In this document: positions 1-8,890 of the stretch, in pieces
Numbering within the stretch: position 1 is the stretch's first letter
Layout of the letters: the number at the start of each line of letters is the position of its first letter
Sequence record: DRR378314_1695
Direction: 5' to 3' (one strand)
DNA length: 35,897 bases
Made by a program: the position numbers and the translations under genes
The notes under the pieces: model-generated
Told to the model about the DNA's origin: nothing
Databases searched by the model: none
What the model saw: only the letters and a program-made list of their open reading frames with translations

Positions 1-81
1 AGAATTATAGATGAGCCCGTAATAAAAAAAATAGCCTTTCATTCCACGGTGCCGGTCTTGTTCCTACCCGAGCAGTCATAG
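1..81 (+). CDS. 3' end of a universal stress protein (partial, window edge)
   Basis: Frame 1 reads RIIDEPVIKKIAFHSTVPVLFLPEQS*, matching the C-termini of the downstream USP paralogues (e.g. EPVIKKIGFHVTIPFMVIP). Confidence 0.9.
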   Translation, partial: RIIDEPVIKKIAFHSTVPVLFLPEQS

Positions 82-245
82 GAAGGGCAAATAAAAGCCG
101 TTTAACTATAAAAAAGATGGTACATACATGATTCAGAAAATTATTATACCCTAAGGGTAATAACACTTTTAATCATTACAGCTTACACCCTCTTGAATGA
201 AACTCTAAAGCTGCAGTGACCACTAAAAGCTATAAAAACAAACAA

Positions 246-1106
246 ATGAAAGCAAAACATATACTACTGCCCACGGACTTCTCGGCAAACGCGCGGAATG
301 CCATAGACTACGCCATTTACCTTTTTGAAAAGGTAGATTGTGTATTTCATATTTTGCATGCCTTTGAAGTTGGGGCATCCAATTTGAGCAGTACCATGGG
401 AAAGGCAAAGGACACTCGCCTATTTAGGGCAATAAAGGATGAATCCCAGAGAGACATGAAATCCCTAATAGACGAACTGGAATCCGCAAATAAAAATACT
501 AAGCACTCTTTTAAGGGATTAAGTATCGCCGATTCCTTGGTAAATGCCATAGGAAGAACCACTATCGATAAAGGCATACAATATATTTTTATGGGAACCA
601 AAGGTTCCTCCGCTCTGAAAGAGGTATTTATGGGCAGCAACACGGTAAGGATTATTCAGAAAATAGACTTCTGCCCTATCATTGCCGTTCCTGAAAATTA
701 TGATTTTGATCTTCCTGACGAAATAGCCTTTGCCACAAATTTTGAACATATTTACAGTGAGGTAGAACTGGTACCGCTCATAGGATTGGCAAAATTATGG
801 AACTCCAAAATCACCATCGTACATATTGATACGGGCAAGGAATTGCAACCCCATCAACAAACAGCCAAAGATACATTGCCCAAAAGGTTCTTTGGCCTAA
901 ATCACGGTTTTGAAGAAATTAAAGGACATACTTCTATTTCTGGGGCCATAAATGGCTATACCCATGAAAATGAAAATATAGGAATGATTGCCATGGTAAA
1001 TTATTGGCACAGTTTCTTTGAGAAGTTAACCAAAGAAAATGTTATAAAGCGGGTAGCCTTCAATACGGAAGTACCTTTTTTAATATTTCCCCTGATAGAA
1101 CCCTAA
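246..1106 (+). CDS. Tandem-domain universal stress protein (UspA family)
   Basis: ILLPTDFS N-terminus and MGTKG...GSNT ATP-binding motif; ATG at 246 aligns with paralogue starts better than GTG at 216. Confidence 0.92.
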   Translation: MKAKHILLPTDFSANARNAIDYAIYLFEKVDCVFHILHAFEVGASNLSSTMGKAKDTRLFRAIKDESQRDMKSLIDELESANKNTKHSFKGLSIADSLVNAIGRTTIDKGIQYIFMGTKGSSALKEVFMGSNTVRIIQKIDFCPIIAVPENYDFDLPDEIAFATNFEHIYSEVELVPLIGLAKLWNSKITIVHIDTGKELQPHQQTAKDTLPKRFFGLNHGFEEIKGHTSISGAINGYTHENENIGMIAMVNYWHSFFEKLTKENVIKRVAFNTEVPFLIFPLIEP

Positions 1107-1140
1107 ACGTTGCTACCATTTTACAACAATTACGGCCCAC

Positions 1141-1184
1141 ATGATATATGTCATAGGGCAACAATTCTAGAGCAATTAATTTTA
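1141..1184 (+). promoter_or_regulatory. FNR/CRP-like box plus -7-like element
   Basis: ATGAT-ATAT-GTCAT (1141-1154), 22 nt spacer, TAATTTTA (1177-1184). Confidence 0.75.
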
Positions 1185-1240
1185 GTTCACTGAATTCAAC
1201 CAACAAAACCAAACCATATTGAACCGTTAAAATAACATTT

Positions 1241-2080
1241 ATGAAAAATATATTGATACCTACCGACTTTTCTGACAATGCCTGGAATGCCATTAAATAT
1301 GGTACGGCATTGTACTCTAAAACCAGATGTACTTTTCATATTATTCATATAAATCCCATTTCCTACAATTCCGGTGGTGAAGCCGCCATGTATGTTTCTC
1401 CTGAAATATTGGAGGAAACCATCCTAAAGGAAAGTAAGGAAAAATTGGAAAATTTGCTTAAAGAGATTGAACGCCTGCCCCTTAACACCAAACATACCTT
1501 TAAGACATTGGCGTTGTACGGATTTTTTACAGATCATATTAAGCAGGAAGTACAGGATAAAAATATTGACCTGATCATTATGGGAACTAAAGGAGCCACC
1601 GGCCTTAAAGCTGTTTCCTTGGGCAGCAATACCGGTAACGTTCTAACAAAAGTACGATGCGCTGTTCTGGCAGTGCCCGAAGACGCAGAATACAATACCC
1701 CGCGAGAAATAGGGTTTCCTACAGATTTTCAGTTAAGCTATGATATAAAGGTCCTGAACCATATCAAGGAACTTGCTGTACTGCACAGCTCTGCCCTTCG
1801 CTTCCTATATGTTTCCCAAAAAGGAAAAGACCTCAGCGATCTTCAGAAAAAGAATAAGGAATTTATAAAAAATTATTTTAGGGAAAACGAACATTACTTT
1901 CATACCCTTACCATAAAGAATTTGGACGACGCGGTACAAGCATTTGTAGAAAGCAGGGATTTGGATATGCTGGTCATGGTAGCCAAGAACCTAAACTTCT
2001 TGGAACGCATCCTGTTTAAACCGGCTGTCGAAAAAATAAGTTACCATACCAAGATTCCATTTCTAATAGTACACGAATAA
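1241..2080 (+). CDS. Tandem-domain universal stress protein
   Basis: MKNILIPTDFS; MGTKGATGLKAVSLGSNT; C-terminal IPFL. Confidence 0.95.
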   Translation: MKNILIPTDFSDNAWNAIKYGTALYSKTRCTFHIIHINPISYNSGGEAAMYVSPEILEETILKESKEKLENLLKEIERLPLNTKHTFKTLALYGFFTDHIKQEVQDKNIDLIIMGTKGATGLKAVSLGSNTGNVLTKVRCAVLAVPEDAEYNTPREIGFPTDFQLSYDIKVLNHIKELAVLHSSALRFLYVSQKGKDLSDLQKKNKEFIKNYFRENEHYFHTLTIKNLDDAVQAFVESRDLDMLVMVAKNLNFLERILFKPAVEKISYHTKIPFLIVHE

Positions 2081-2124
2081 GACTGCTGGATTTCGATAAT
2101 TGGGCGAGTCCTAGTTACCGCCCT

Positions 2125-2424
2125 TTAAATATGCTGTTGAACAACCCTCACTATGTCGTTCTTTTGAAGCACGCCAGATTGTCGCCAAACCTGCTTCCCA
2201 TTTTTAAATAACACCATGGTAGGTACCCCCCTTACTTGATAAGTACTGGCCAAGGATTGATTCTTGTCCACATCGATCTTTACAATTTTCAGGGCATTCC
2301 CCATTTCCTCCTTGACCTGTTTTAAAATAGATGCCAGCATTTTACAGGGTCCGCACCAATCCGCATGAAAATCGACCAGAACAGGGGTTTCAGAATTGAT
2401 AATATTGCTAAAACTATCTTTCAT
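2125..2424 (-). CDS. trxA: Thioredoxin
   Basis: 99 aa with DFHADWCGPCK active site and cis-Pro GVPT motif. Confidence 0.95.
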   Translation of the reverse strand: MKDSFSNIINSETPVLVDFHADWCGPCKMLASILKQVKEEMGNALKIVKIDVDKNQSLASTYQVRGVPTMVLFKNGKQVWRQSGVLQKNDIVRVVQQHI

Positions 2425-2440
2425 AATTTTATTTTTTAAA

Positions 2441-2510
2441 AGTAAACTACCTCGGGGCAGGCAAGCATCTAAAGGCGGCCTGCAGGTTCAAATCTCGATT
2501 ATCGAGTAAA
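2441..2510. repeat. GC-rich palindromic islet (possible REP/MITE remnant)
   Basis: Bounded by AGTAAA direct repeats (2441-2446, 2505-2510); inverted pairs GCAGGC/GCCTGC and CTCGAT-T-ATCGAG. Confidence 0.4.
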
Positions 2511-2536
2511 ATTACCTAAACAAAGAGAATATGGAA

Positions 2537-2580
2537 CTGACCAATATCATGGTTTTCAAAATTCTTCCGCTTTAGATTTA
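2537..2580 (+). promoter_or_regulatory. FNR/CRP-like box plus -7-like element
   Basis: CTGAC-CAAT-ATCAT (2537-2550), 22 nt spacer, TAGATTTA (2573-2580). Confidence 0.75.
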
Positions 2581-2602
2581 CCGTACCAATGTATAAAACA
2601 CT

Positions 2603-3439
2603 ATGAAAAAAATATTGCTTCCCACTGATTTTTCAGACAATTCCATTAAGGCCATTAGCTACGCTTTGAAGATTTTCAAAAATGTAAAATGTAAATTCTA
2701 TTTAATGCATACCTATATGCCACCAGTGTACAACGCGGAATACCTGGTTGGAAGTCCGGGTCTGATCGGCTTGGGCGATGTAATGCAGGAAACCTCCATG
2801 ACCCAACTGGAAAAACTCAAAAGTCGCTTGGAAAAGGAATATATTAACCCTAATCATAGCTTTATTGTTCACACTGCCTTTAACACCCTGGTGAACGAAG
2901 TTATGGAAACCGTTGAATCTGAAGGTATACACTTGGTAGTAATGGGCACCACAGGAGCCACAGGGGCCAAGGAAATCCTATTTGGAACAAATACGGTACA
3001 TGTCATAAGAAAAGCCAATTGCCCCGTGTTAGTGGTACCCCCTAATTTTGAGTACGAGAATCCGTTGGAAATATTATTCCCAACCGACTATGAAATTGTA
3101 TACAAAAAGGAGAAGTTGACTCCACTTTTGGACATAGCTAATGAATACGGGTCCCAAATAAATGTTTTACACGTATCCACAGGCTATAAACTGACTCCGG
3201 ATCAAGAAAAGCAAAAGAAAGGCCTCGAAAAGATTTTGGGCAACAAGGCATTGTTCCATGATGTACCCAACAATGAAATTATAGACGCCATCAATGCTTT
3301 CCAGGCCAAAGAAAAAATCAACCTGCTGGTCATGGTTCAGAACAAACATACTTTTATGGAGCGACTTTTTATTGAACCTGTTATCAAAAAAATAGGTTTC
3401 CACGTCACTATACCCTTTATGGTAATTCCACAATTTTAA
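2603..3439 (+). CDS. Tandem-domain universal stress protein
   Basis: MKKILLPTDFS; MGTTGATGAKEILFGTNT. Confidence 0.95.
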   Translation: MKKILLPTDFSDNSIKAISYALKIFKNVKCKFYLMHTYMPPVYNAEYLVGSPGLIGLGDVMQETSMTQLEKLKSRLEKEYINPNHSFIVHTAFNTLVNEVMETVESEGIHLVVMGTTGATGAKEILFGTNTVHVIRKANCPVLVVPPNFEYENPLEILFPTDYEIVYKKEKLTPLLDIANEYGSQINVLHVSTGYKLTPDQEKQKKGLEKILGNKALFHDVPNNEIIDAINAFQAKEKINLLVMVQNKHTFMERLFIEPVIKKIGFHVTIPFMVIPQF

Positions 3440-3449
3440 TTCATAGAAA

Positions 3450-4295
3450 ATGAAGAATATACTTGTTGCCACCGATTTTTCCAATAATGCCTATTGTGCC
3501 CTGTTCTACGTAACAAAACTTTTAGCATCGGAAAAATGTACCTTTTACATTCTTAACACCTATTCAGAACTTACCATAGCCCCAGGCAAAAAACTTCCAA
3601 TACTAAATATTAAAAAGCACCTGAAGGAAATGGAATCTGAGTCCAAGGAAAAATTAACGCACACCAAGCACAAGATAGTCTTGGACAATGAGAATCCCCT
3701 TCATACCTTCAAGACCATATCCCAAAAAGGGGACTTGGTAAATATCATAGCACAAAAAATAGGGGAACTTAAGATCCATTTGGTAACCATGGGGAACAAA
3801 GGACTTACAGAAGCTACCGATGTATTTTTTGGAAGCAATACCATTAGGGTGGCCGATAATCTCATATGCCCATTACTGGCCATTCCCGGCGAAATGGATT
3901 TCCACCCAATAAAGGAAATCGCGTTTGTAACTGACTTGAGAAAGGATTGTGGTCAAAAAACTATAGATCAACTGCTATATTTTGCCTCTTTGTCCAAAGC
4001 GTCCATTAGGGTCGTACACGTTCAGGAACAACATATTCTGAACAAGACCCAGGAGGAGAATAGAAAAAATTTGGAAGATGGTCTAAGTCATGTTGGCCAT
4101 TCATTCCAATGGATCAAAAATTTTGACGACAAAGCGAAGGTAATAGATATTTTTTTGGAAAAACTAAAAGTGGATTTGTTCGCCATGGTACATGAAAAGC
4201 GCAACCTTTTTGAAAAGCTTACCCGTGAACCAGTAGTAAAAGACTTAAGCATGTATTCCGATATCCCATTCTTAATTCTCCCCTCCCAAGAATGA
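3450..4295 (+). CDS. Tandem-domain universal stress protein
   Basis: MKNILVATDFS; MGNKGLTEATDVFFGSNT; 10 nt after the previous USP. Confidence 0.95.
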   Translation: MKNILVATDFSNNAYCALFYVTKLLASEKCTFYILNTYSELTIAPGKKLPILNIKKHLKEMESESKEKLTHTKHKIVLDNENPLHTFKTISQKGDLVNIIAQKIGELKIHLVTMGNKGLTEATDVFFGSNTIRVADNLICPLLAIPGEMDFHPIKEIAFVTDLRKDCGQKTIDQLLYFASLSKASIRVVHVQEQHILNKTQEENRKNLEDGLSHVGHSFQWIKNFDDKAKVIDIFLEKLKVDLFAMVHEKRNLFEKLTREPVVKDLSMYSDIPFLILPSQE

Positions 4296-4335
4296 CCATT
4301 GTCATAGAAACTGTCACTAAAGCCTATTATATTTA
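4292..4335 (+). promoter_or_regulatory. FNR/CRP-like box (overlapping upstream stop codon) plus -7-like element
   Basis: ATGAC-CATT-GTCAT (4292-4305, perfect arms), 22 nt spacer, TATATTTA (4328-4335). Confidence 0.8.
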
Positions 4336-4357
4336 ATAAAACTAAAGAAGCATTGTC

Positions 4358-5203
4358 ATGGACAAAAGAATACTAATTCCTACCGATTTCTCCAAAAATG
4401 CGTTGAACGCCACACGCTATGCCTTGGACCTTTATGCAAAGCTTAACTGTGAATTCTATTTTTTGAACATCTTCCGCTTGGATAATTACACCACAAGTAC
4501 CTTAATTATGCCAGAACCGGGCAGTGCGGAATATGAAGCTGCCAAAGAAGCATCTGAGGTGGCGTTTGCCAAGCTACTGGACATGCTGGAGCTTCACCAT
4601 GACAACCCAAAACATAGTTATCATACAATTTCATCCTTTAATTTTCTTTCGGAGGCCATAAAACAGACCATTGCGAGCAAAGATATAGACCTTGTAATCA
4701 TGGGTACACAGGGAGCTACTGGTGCCAAAGGAATCATTTTTGGAAGCAATACTGTAAATGCCATGGAGTCAATAAGGGAGTGCCCAGTAATGGCCATCCC
4801 AGATGAACTTCGGTTTTCCACTCCCAAAGAAATTGTCTTTCCTACTAATTACAAATCCACGTTTAGCCGAAAGGAATTGAATTATTTGATAGAGATTGCC
4901 AAGATGCACAATACGGCGATACGCGTTGTACACTTTACGAAAAAAACTACGCTTGCCGAAGACCAAGAAGCCCACAAAAAACTCTTGGACGACATCCTCG
5001 AAAGTGTTGACCATAGCTTCCATACCCTTACGGATAAGGACGTCGCCCGGGGAATAACCTCTTTTGTAGAAAGTAGGAACAGCGACATGATCGCGTTCAT
5101 CAACAAAAAACATTTTTTGTTCAATAGTATATTTTCCAGACCATTGGTGAAGGAAATTGGTTATGATGCCACTGTTCCTATTTTGGCTCTGAACGAATCT
5201 TAA
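4358..5203 (+). CDS. Tandem-domain universal stress protein
   Basis: ILIPTDFS; MGTQGATGAKGIIFGSNT. Confidence 0.95.
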   Translation: MDKRILIPTDFSKNALNATRYALDLYAKLNCEFYFLNIFRLDNYTTSTLIMPEPGSAEYEAAKEASEVAFAKLLDMLELHHDNPKHSYHTISSFNFLSEAIKQTIASKDIDLVIMGTQGATGAKGIIFGSNTVNAMESIRECPVMAIPDELRFSTPKEIVFPTNYKSTFSRKELNYLIEIAKMHNTAIRVVHFTKKTTLAEDQEAHKKLLDDILESVDHSFHTLTDKDVARGITSFVESRNSDMIAFINKKHFLFNSIFSRPLVKEIGYDATVPILALNES

Positions 5204-5216
5204 AAAACATTGTATT

Positions 5217-5630
5217 ATGAAAAATATTGGAATATGGATGGATAGGGAAAAAGCCCATATCATCCGTTTGGATAACAAAGAAGAGAAATTGGAAACCATT
5301 TTTTCGGAGATGGAATTTTTTAACCGCAAGGGTACCTCTGGACCTAGGGTAAAATCCGGTGTAACCCAAGATGTTACACACGAGCGCACCTATCTGGAAA
5401 GGGAGAAAGCACAATTAAAATCATATTTTAAAAAACTCGCGGACGCCATTGGTGATGCAGATGCCATAGCTCTTTTTGGCCCGGCAGATACCAATGAGAA
5501 GTTTAGAAAAGAACTCTTGGAACACCACAAAGGACTTGCAGAAAGAGTAAAAGCCGTCGCCAAAGCGGATAGCATGACCGAGAACCAGACCAAAGCCTTG
5601 GTAAGGGACTTTTTTGGCCAAAAAAAATAG
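5217..5630 (+). CDS. Small baeRF/host-attachment (eRF1 middle-domain-like) family protein
   Basis: IGIWMDREKAHII N-terminal strand, basic helix, and ALFGPAD motif resembling the 'hhhhGP' signature of this family. Confidence 0.6.
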   Translation: MKNIGIWMDREKAHIIRLDNKEEKLETIFSEMEFFNRKGTSGPRVKSGVTQDVTHERTYLEREKAQLKSYFKKLADAIGDADAIALFGPADTNEKFRKELLEHHKGLAERVKAVAKADSMTENQTKALVRDFFGQKK

Positions 5631-5649
5631 TTGGTTAATTTTTAATTGG

Positions 5650-5690
5650 GAGACCGCCAAAACAATTTTTGTTTAGGCGGTCTTATTTAA
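5650..5690 (+). terminator. Stem-loop, probable intrinsic terminator/attenuator
   Basis: AGACCGCC (5651-5658) pairs with GGCGGTCT (5676-5683), followed by TATTT. Confidence 0.6.
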
Positions 5691-5701
5691 ATCCATTGCC
5701 C

Positions 5702-6601
5702 ATGAACAGTCTCTTGGACTTTTTTAACGACCCATTAGTATTGAAGATTGCCAAACTTTTGTTGTGGATACTGGCCATAATAATCTTTATTGGGTTTTTT
5801 CGTAGGGTACTAAAAAGAAGAATAGATAATGTTTCGGTTAGATACAAGGCACAAAAAGGAGTAGAAATTATTGGCTACGTTCTAATTTCGCTATTGATCC
5901 TAATGGCATTTACGGTAGAAAACATTAAAGATTACACCATTATCATAGGCCTGTTCACTGCTGGAATAACCTTTACCCTCCAAGAATTGATCCTAAGTAT
6001 TGCGGGATCTTTCTATATCTTTTTTGTAAAGGTCTATAAACCTGGAGACCGTATTGAAATTAATGGCATTAAAGGGGATGTAATTGATATAGATAGCATC
6101 TATACCACCCTAATGGAGATTGGGGAATGGGTAAGTAGTGACAATTATTCTGGTAGGATTGTCAAGATCAGCAACGCCTTTGTTTTTAAAGGTCCTATTA
6201 AGAACTATTCCATGGATTTTCCATTTGTTTGGGATGAACTCAATATACTTATAACCTATGATTCGGATGTTGCACTGGCAAAAAAGATAGTAATGGAAAA
6301 GGCCACTGATTTCCTTTCCGAATACACCAAGAATTCTATAGCAAGGTGGGAGGAAATGGTGGAGCATTATTATATAGAAAATGCCACTATTGCCCCAACC
6401 TTGGCCATTAGTCCAACAGATAATTGGATAGCCATAAATCTAAGGTATATTACGGATTATAAGTTAAGGCGGATAACAAAGCACGAACTGTTCGAGCAAA
6501 TAGTACAGGCCCTTATGGCTACGGATGACAAAGTAAAATTGGCTTCCACCACCTTGCAGCTTCTAAAAATACCGGAATTGGATATTCATCTAAAGCAATG
6601 A
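5702..6601 (+). CDS. Small-conductance mechanosensitive channel (MscS family)
   Basis: Three N-terminal TM segments and YKPGDRIEINGIKGDVIDI; ATG 5702 preferred because TTG 5669 lies inside the hairpin. Confidence 0.9.
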   Translation: MNSLLDFFNDPLVLKIAKLLLWILAIIIFIGFFRRVLKRRIDNVSVRYKAQKGVEIIGYVLISLLILMAFTVENIKDYTIIIGLFTAGITFTLQELILSIAGSFYIFFVKVYKPGDRIEINGIKGDVIDIDSIYTTLMEIGEWVSSDNYSGRIVKISNAFVFKGPIKNYSMDFPFVWDELNILITYDSDVALAKKIVMEKATDFLSEYTKNSIARWEEMVEHYYIENATIAPTLAISPTDNWIAINLRYITDYKLRRITKHELFEQIVQALMATDDKVKLASTTLQLLKIPELDIHLKQ

Positions 6602-6602
6602 T

Positions 6603-7448
6603 ATGAAAAAGGAATTGGACATTGAAATTCTAAAATCCTCAGGGGAACGGGCCAAATTTTCTTTGGACAAACTGCGTAAATCCCTTAAACACAGTGGGGC
6701 CGACCATAATCTTGTGGAACAAATTGTAGACCAGGTAAAGGATGAGTTATATGAAGGCATATCTACCAATGAGATATATAACAGGGCCTATTCCCTATTG
6801 AAAAAAAACAAATCCATCTTTGCTTCAAAATACAAACTAAAAAAAGCCATTTACGAATTGGGGCCAACAGGCTTTCCCTTTGAACGTTTTGTGGCCGCCA
6901 TTCTGGAATATTCTGGCTACCATACTAGTGTAGATCAAATAATGAACGGTATCTGTGTAACACATGAAATTGATGTTGTTGCGGAAAAAAATGGAACTGT
7001 CACTGTTATAGAATGTAAGTTCCACTCGGAAGAAGGGCGTAACTGCAATGTTAAGATCCCCCTCTATATCCATTCCAGATATAACGACGTAAAAGGACAT
7101 TGGACCACCAAGAAAAATGAACATAGGGAACTGGATAAAGGCTGGGTGGTAACCAACACGCGTTTTACCAGCGATGCCTCCACTTATGGAAAATGTGCAG
7201 GATTGTATTTACTAAGCTGGGACCTACCATTGAATGATGGCCTTAAGGACCGTATAGATCGTTTAGGACTTTACCCCATCACCGTTTCTACCCTGCTCAG
7301 CAATAGGGAAAAACAGTTTTTATTGAGTAGGGATGTGGTCTTATGTAGGCAGCTTTGGAAGGATAAGTTTTTTTTGGATCATTTGGGAATCTCCAGTACC
7401 AGGAAAGAAAAAATCCTGAACGAGATTAAACAGCTTTGCAATCATTAA
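6603..7448 (+). CDS. ATP-cone domain fused to an Mrr-like PD-(D/E)xK nuclease domain
   Basis: ILKSSGERAKFSLDKLRKSL (ATP-cone); GFPFERFVA, HEIDVVA, IECKFH, VVTNTRFT (restriction-endonuclease fold). Confidence 0.85.
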   Translation: MKKELDIEILKSSGERAKFSLDKLRKSLKHSGADHNLVEQIVDQVKDELYEGISTNEIYNRAYSLLKKNKSIFASKYKLKKAIYELGPTGFPFERFVAAILEYSGYHTSVDQIMNGICVTHEIDVVAEKNGTVTVIECKFHSEEGRNCNVKIPLYIHSRYNDVKGHWTTKKNEHRELDKGWVVTNTRFTSDASTYGKCAGLYLLSWDLPLNDGLKDRIDRLGLYPITVSTLLSNREKQFLLSRDVVLCRQLWKDKFFLDHLGISSTRKEKILNEIKQLCNH

Positions 7449-7451
7449 AAC

Positions 7452-8822
7452 ATGAATATAATCAAAATACATTTCCTGGGCGCTTCCGGAACCGTAACAG
7501 GCTCTAAATTCTATTTGGAGACCCCTGAATTGAATCTGATGATAGATTGCGGAATGTTCCAAGGGTTAAAGGAACTTCGACAACAAAACTGGATTCCCTT
7601 GCCCATAGATGTCTCAAAAATAGACATGGTGCTTTTGACCCATGGACATCTGGACCATACAGGATACCTGCCCAGATTACTAAAGGAAGGCTTTAGAGGT
7701 AAAATTTTGGGCACAGCTCCCACTTTGGCAATTGCCCGAATAATTCTTTTGGACAGTGCCAAGATACACGAAGAAGAAGCCGATCAGGCCAATAAGGAAG
7801 GGTACAGCAAGCACGACCCAGCACTCCCTTTTTACACCGTAAAAGACGCCGAACGTACCATAAGTTTGTTTCAATCCATGGAAAAGGAAGAATGGATTAC
7901 GCTCTCAGAGCACATTCGCCTCAAATACCGATATAATGGTCATATCATAGGGGCGACCTACATTGAATTGGAGATCTTCGGGAAACTATTTGTTTTTTCT
8001 GGGGACGTTGGTAGATTACATGATGATCTATTGGAAGCCCCGGTACGTCCAAAATGGGCCGATTATCTTTTTGTGGAAAGCACCTATGGGAATAAATTGC
8101 ATCCTAAAGAAGACGTAGAAGGAAAACTCAGCGATCTCATAAAAACAACCATTAGGGAGAGGGGAAATCTCATCATCCCATCCTTTGCCGTGGAGCGACT
8201 ACAATCGCTAATGTATCTACTTTGGCAGTTGTATAAAAAAAACAAGATCCCAAATATCCCTATTTTTATAGATAGCCCCATGGGCAACAATGTGTTGTCT
8301 GTATTTGAACAATTTCCACATTGGCATAAACTACCTATGAACGAGTACCATGCCATGTGCAATCACTTCAATATTATAACCTCCTATGCCGACACATGGA
8401 AGACCATCGACGATCCCAGATCTAAAATTGTAATTGCCGGAAGCGGCATGGTAACAGGAGGCAGGGTACTTACCTATCTAAAACAGCTGATAGACATAGC
8501 ATCTACATCGGTTTTATTAGTGGGGTTCCAAGCAGAAGGAACCCGCGGACGCCAACTATTGGAAGGGGCCTTTGAACTAAAGCTGTTTGGAAAATACTAT
8601 CCCGTTAAGGCAAAAATCCATCATTTGGAAAGTCTATCCGCCCATGCCGATCAAAGCGAGTTGTTGCATTGGATGGAGGAAATCGACAATATTCCCGAAA
8701 CAGTTTTCCTTATCCATGGGGAACCTACTTCCCTTGATGCCTTTAGAGTAAAGATCAGGGATGTTCATGGTTGGAACGTACAGATTCCAAAACTCAATGA
8801 AATACAAAAAATTTTCATCTAG
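7452..8822 (+). CDS. Beta-CASP metallo-beta-lactamase fold ribonuclease
   Basis: FLGASGTVTGS, IDCG, THGHLDH, GHIIG, SGDVG, ESTYG, SAHADQ, IHGE motifs. Confidence 0.92.
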   Translation: MNIIKIHFLGASGTVTGSKFYLETPELNLMIDCGMFQGLKELRQQNWIPLPIDVSKIDMVLLTHGHLDHTGYLPRLLKEGFRGKILGTAPTLAIARIILLDSAKIHEEEADQANKEGYSKHDPALPFYTVKDAERTISLFQSMEKEEWITLSEHIRLKYRYNGHIIGATYIELEIFGKLFVFSGDVGRLHDDLLEAPVRPKWADYLFVESTYGNKLHPKEDVEGKLSDLIKTTIRERGNLIIPSFAVERLQSLMYLLWQLYKKNKIPNIPIFIDSPMGNNVLSVFEQFPHWHKLPMNEYHAMCNHFNIITSYADTWKTIDDPRSKIVIAGSGMVTGGRVLTYLKQLIDIASTSVLLVGFQAEGTRGRQLLEGAFELKLFGKYYPVKAKIHHLESLSAHADQSELLHWMEEIDNIPETVFLIHGEPTSLDAFRVKIRDVHGWNVQIPKLNEIQKIFI

Positions 8823-8829
8823 AATGGAG

Positions 8830-8873
8830 ATGACAAATCTCATAGCAGGGATTTTTAAAAGTTCATAACTTTA
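8830..8873 (+). promoter_or_regulatory. FNR/CRP-like box plus -7-like element
   Basis: ATGAC-AAAT-CTCAT (8830-8843), 22 nt spacer, TAACTTTA (8866-8873). Confidence 0.7.
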
Positions 8874-8890
8874 TCCAAGATCCAAAAAAA

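Noticed and set aside
141-163. TACCCT-A-AGGGTA inverted repeat upstream of the first full USP
   Set aside because: Short, single copy, and does not match the regulon box
6603-7448. Classical restriction-modification system
   Set aside because: No methyltransferase or specificity subunit; the context is a stress operon
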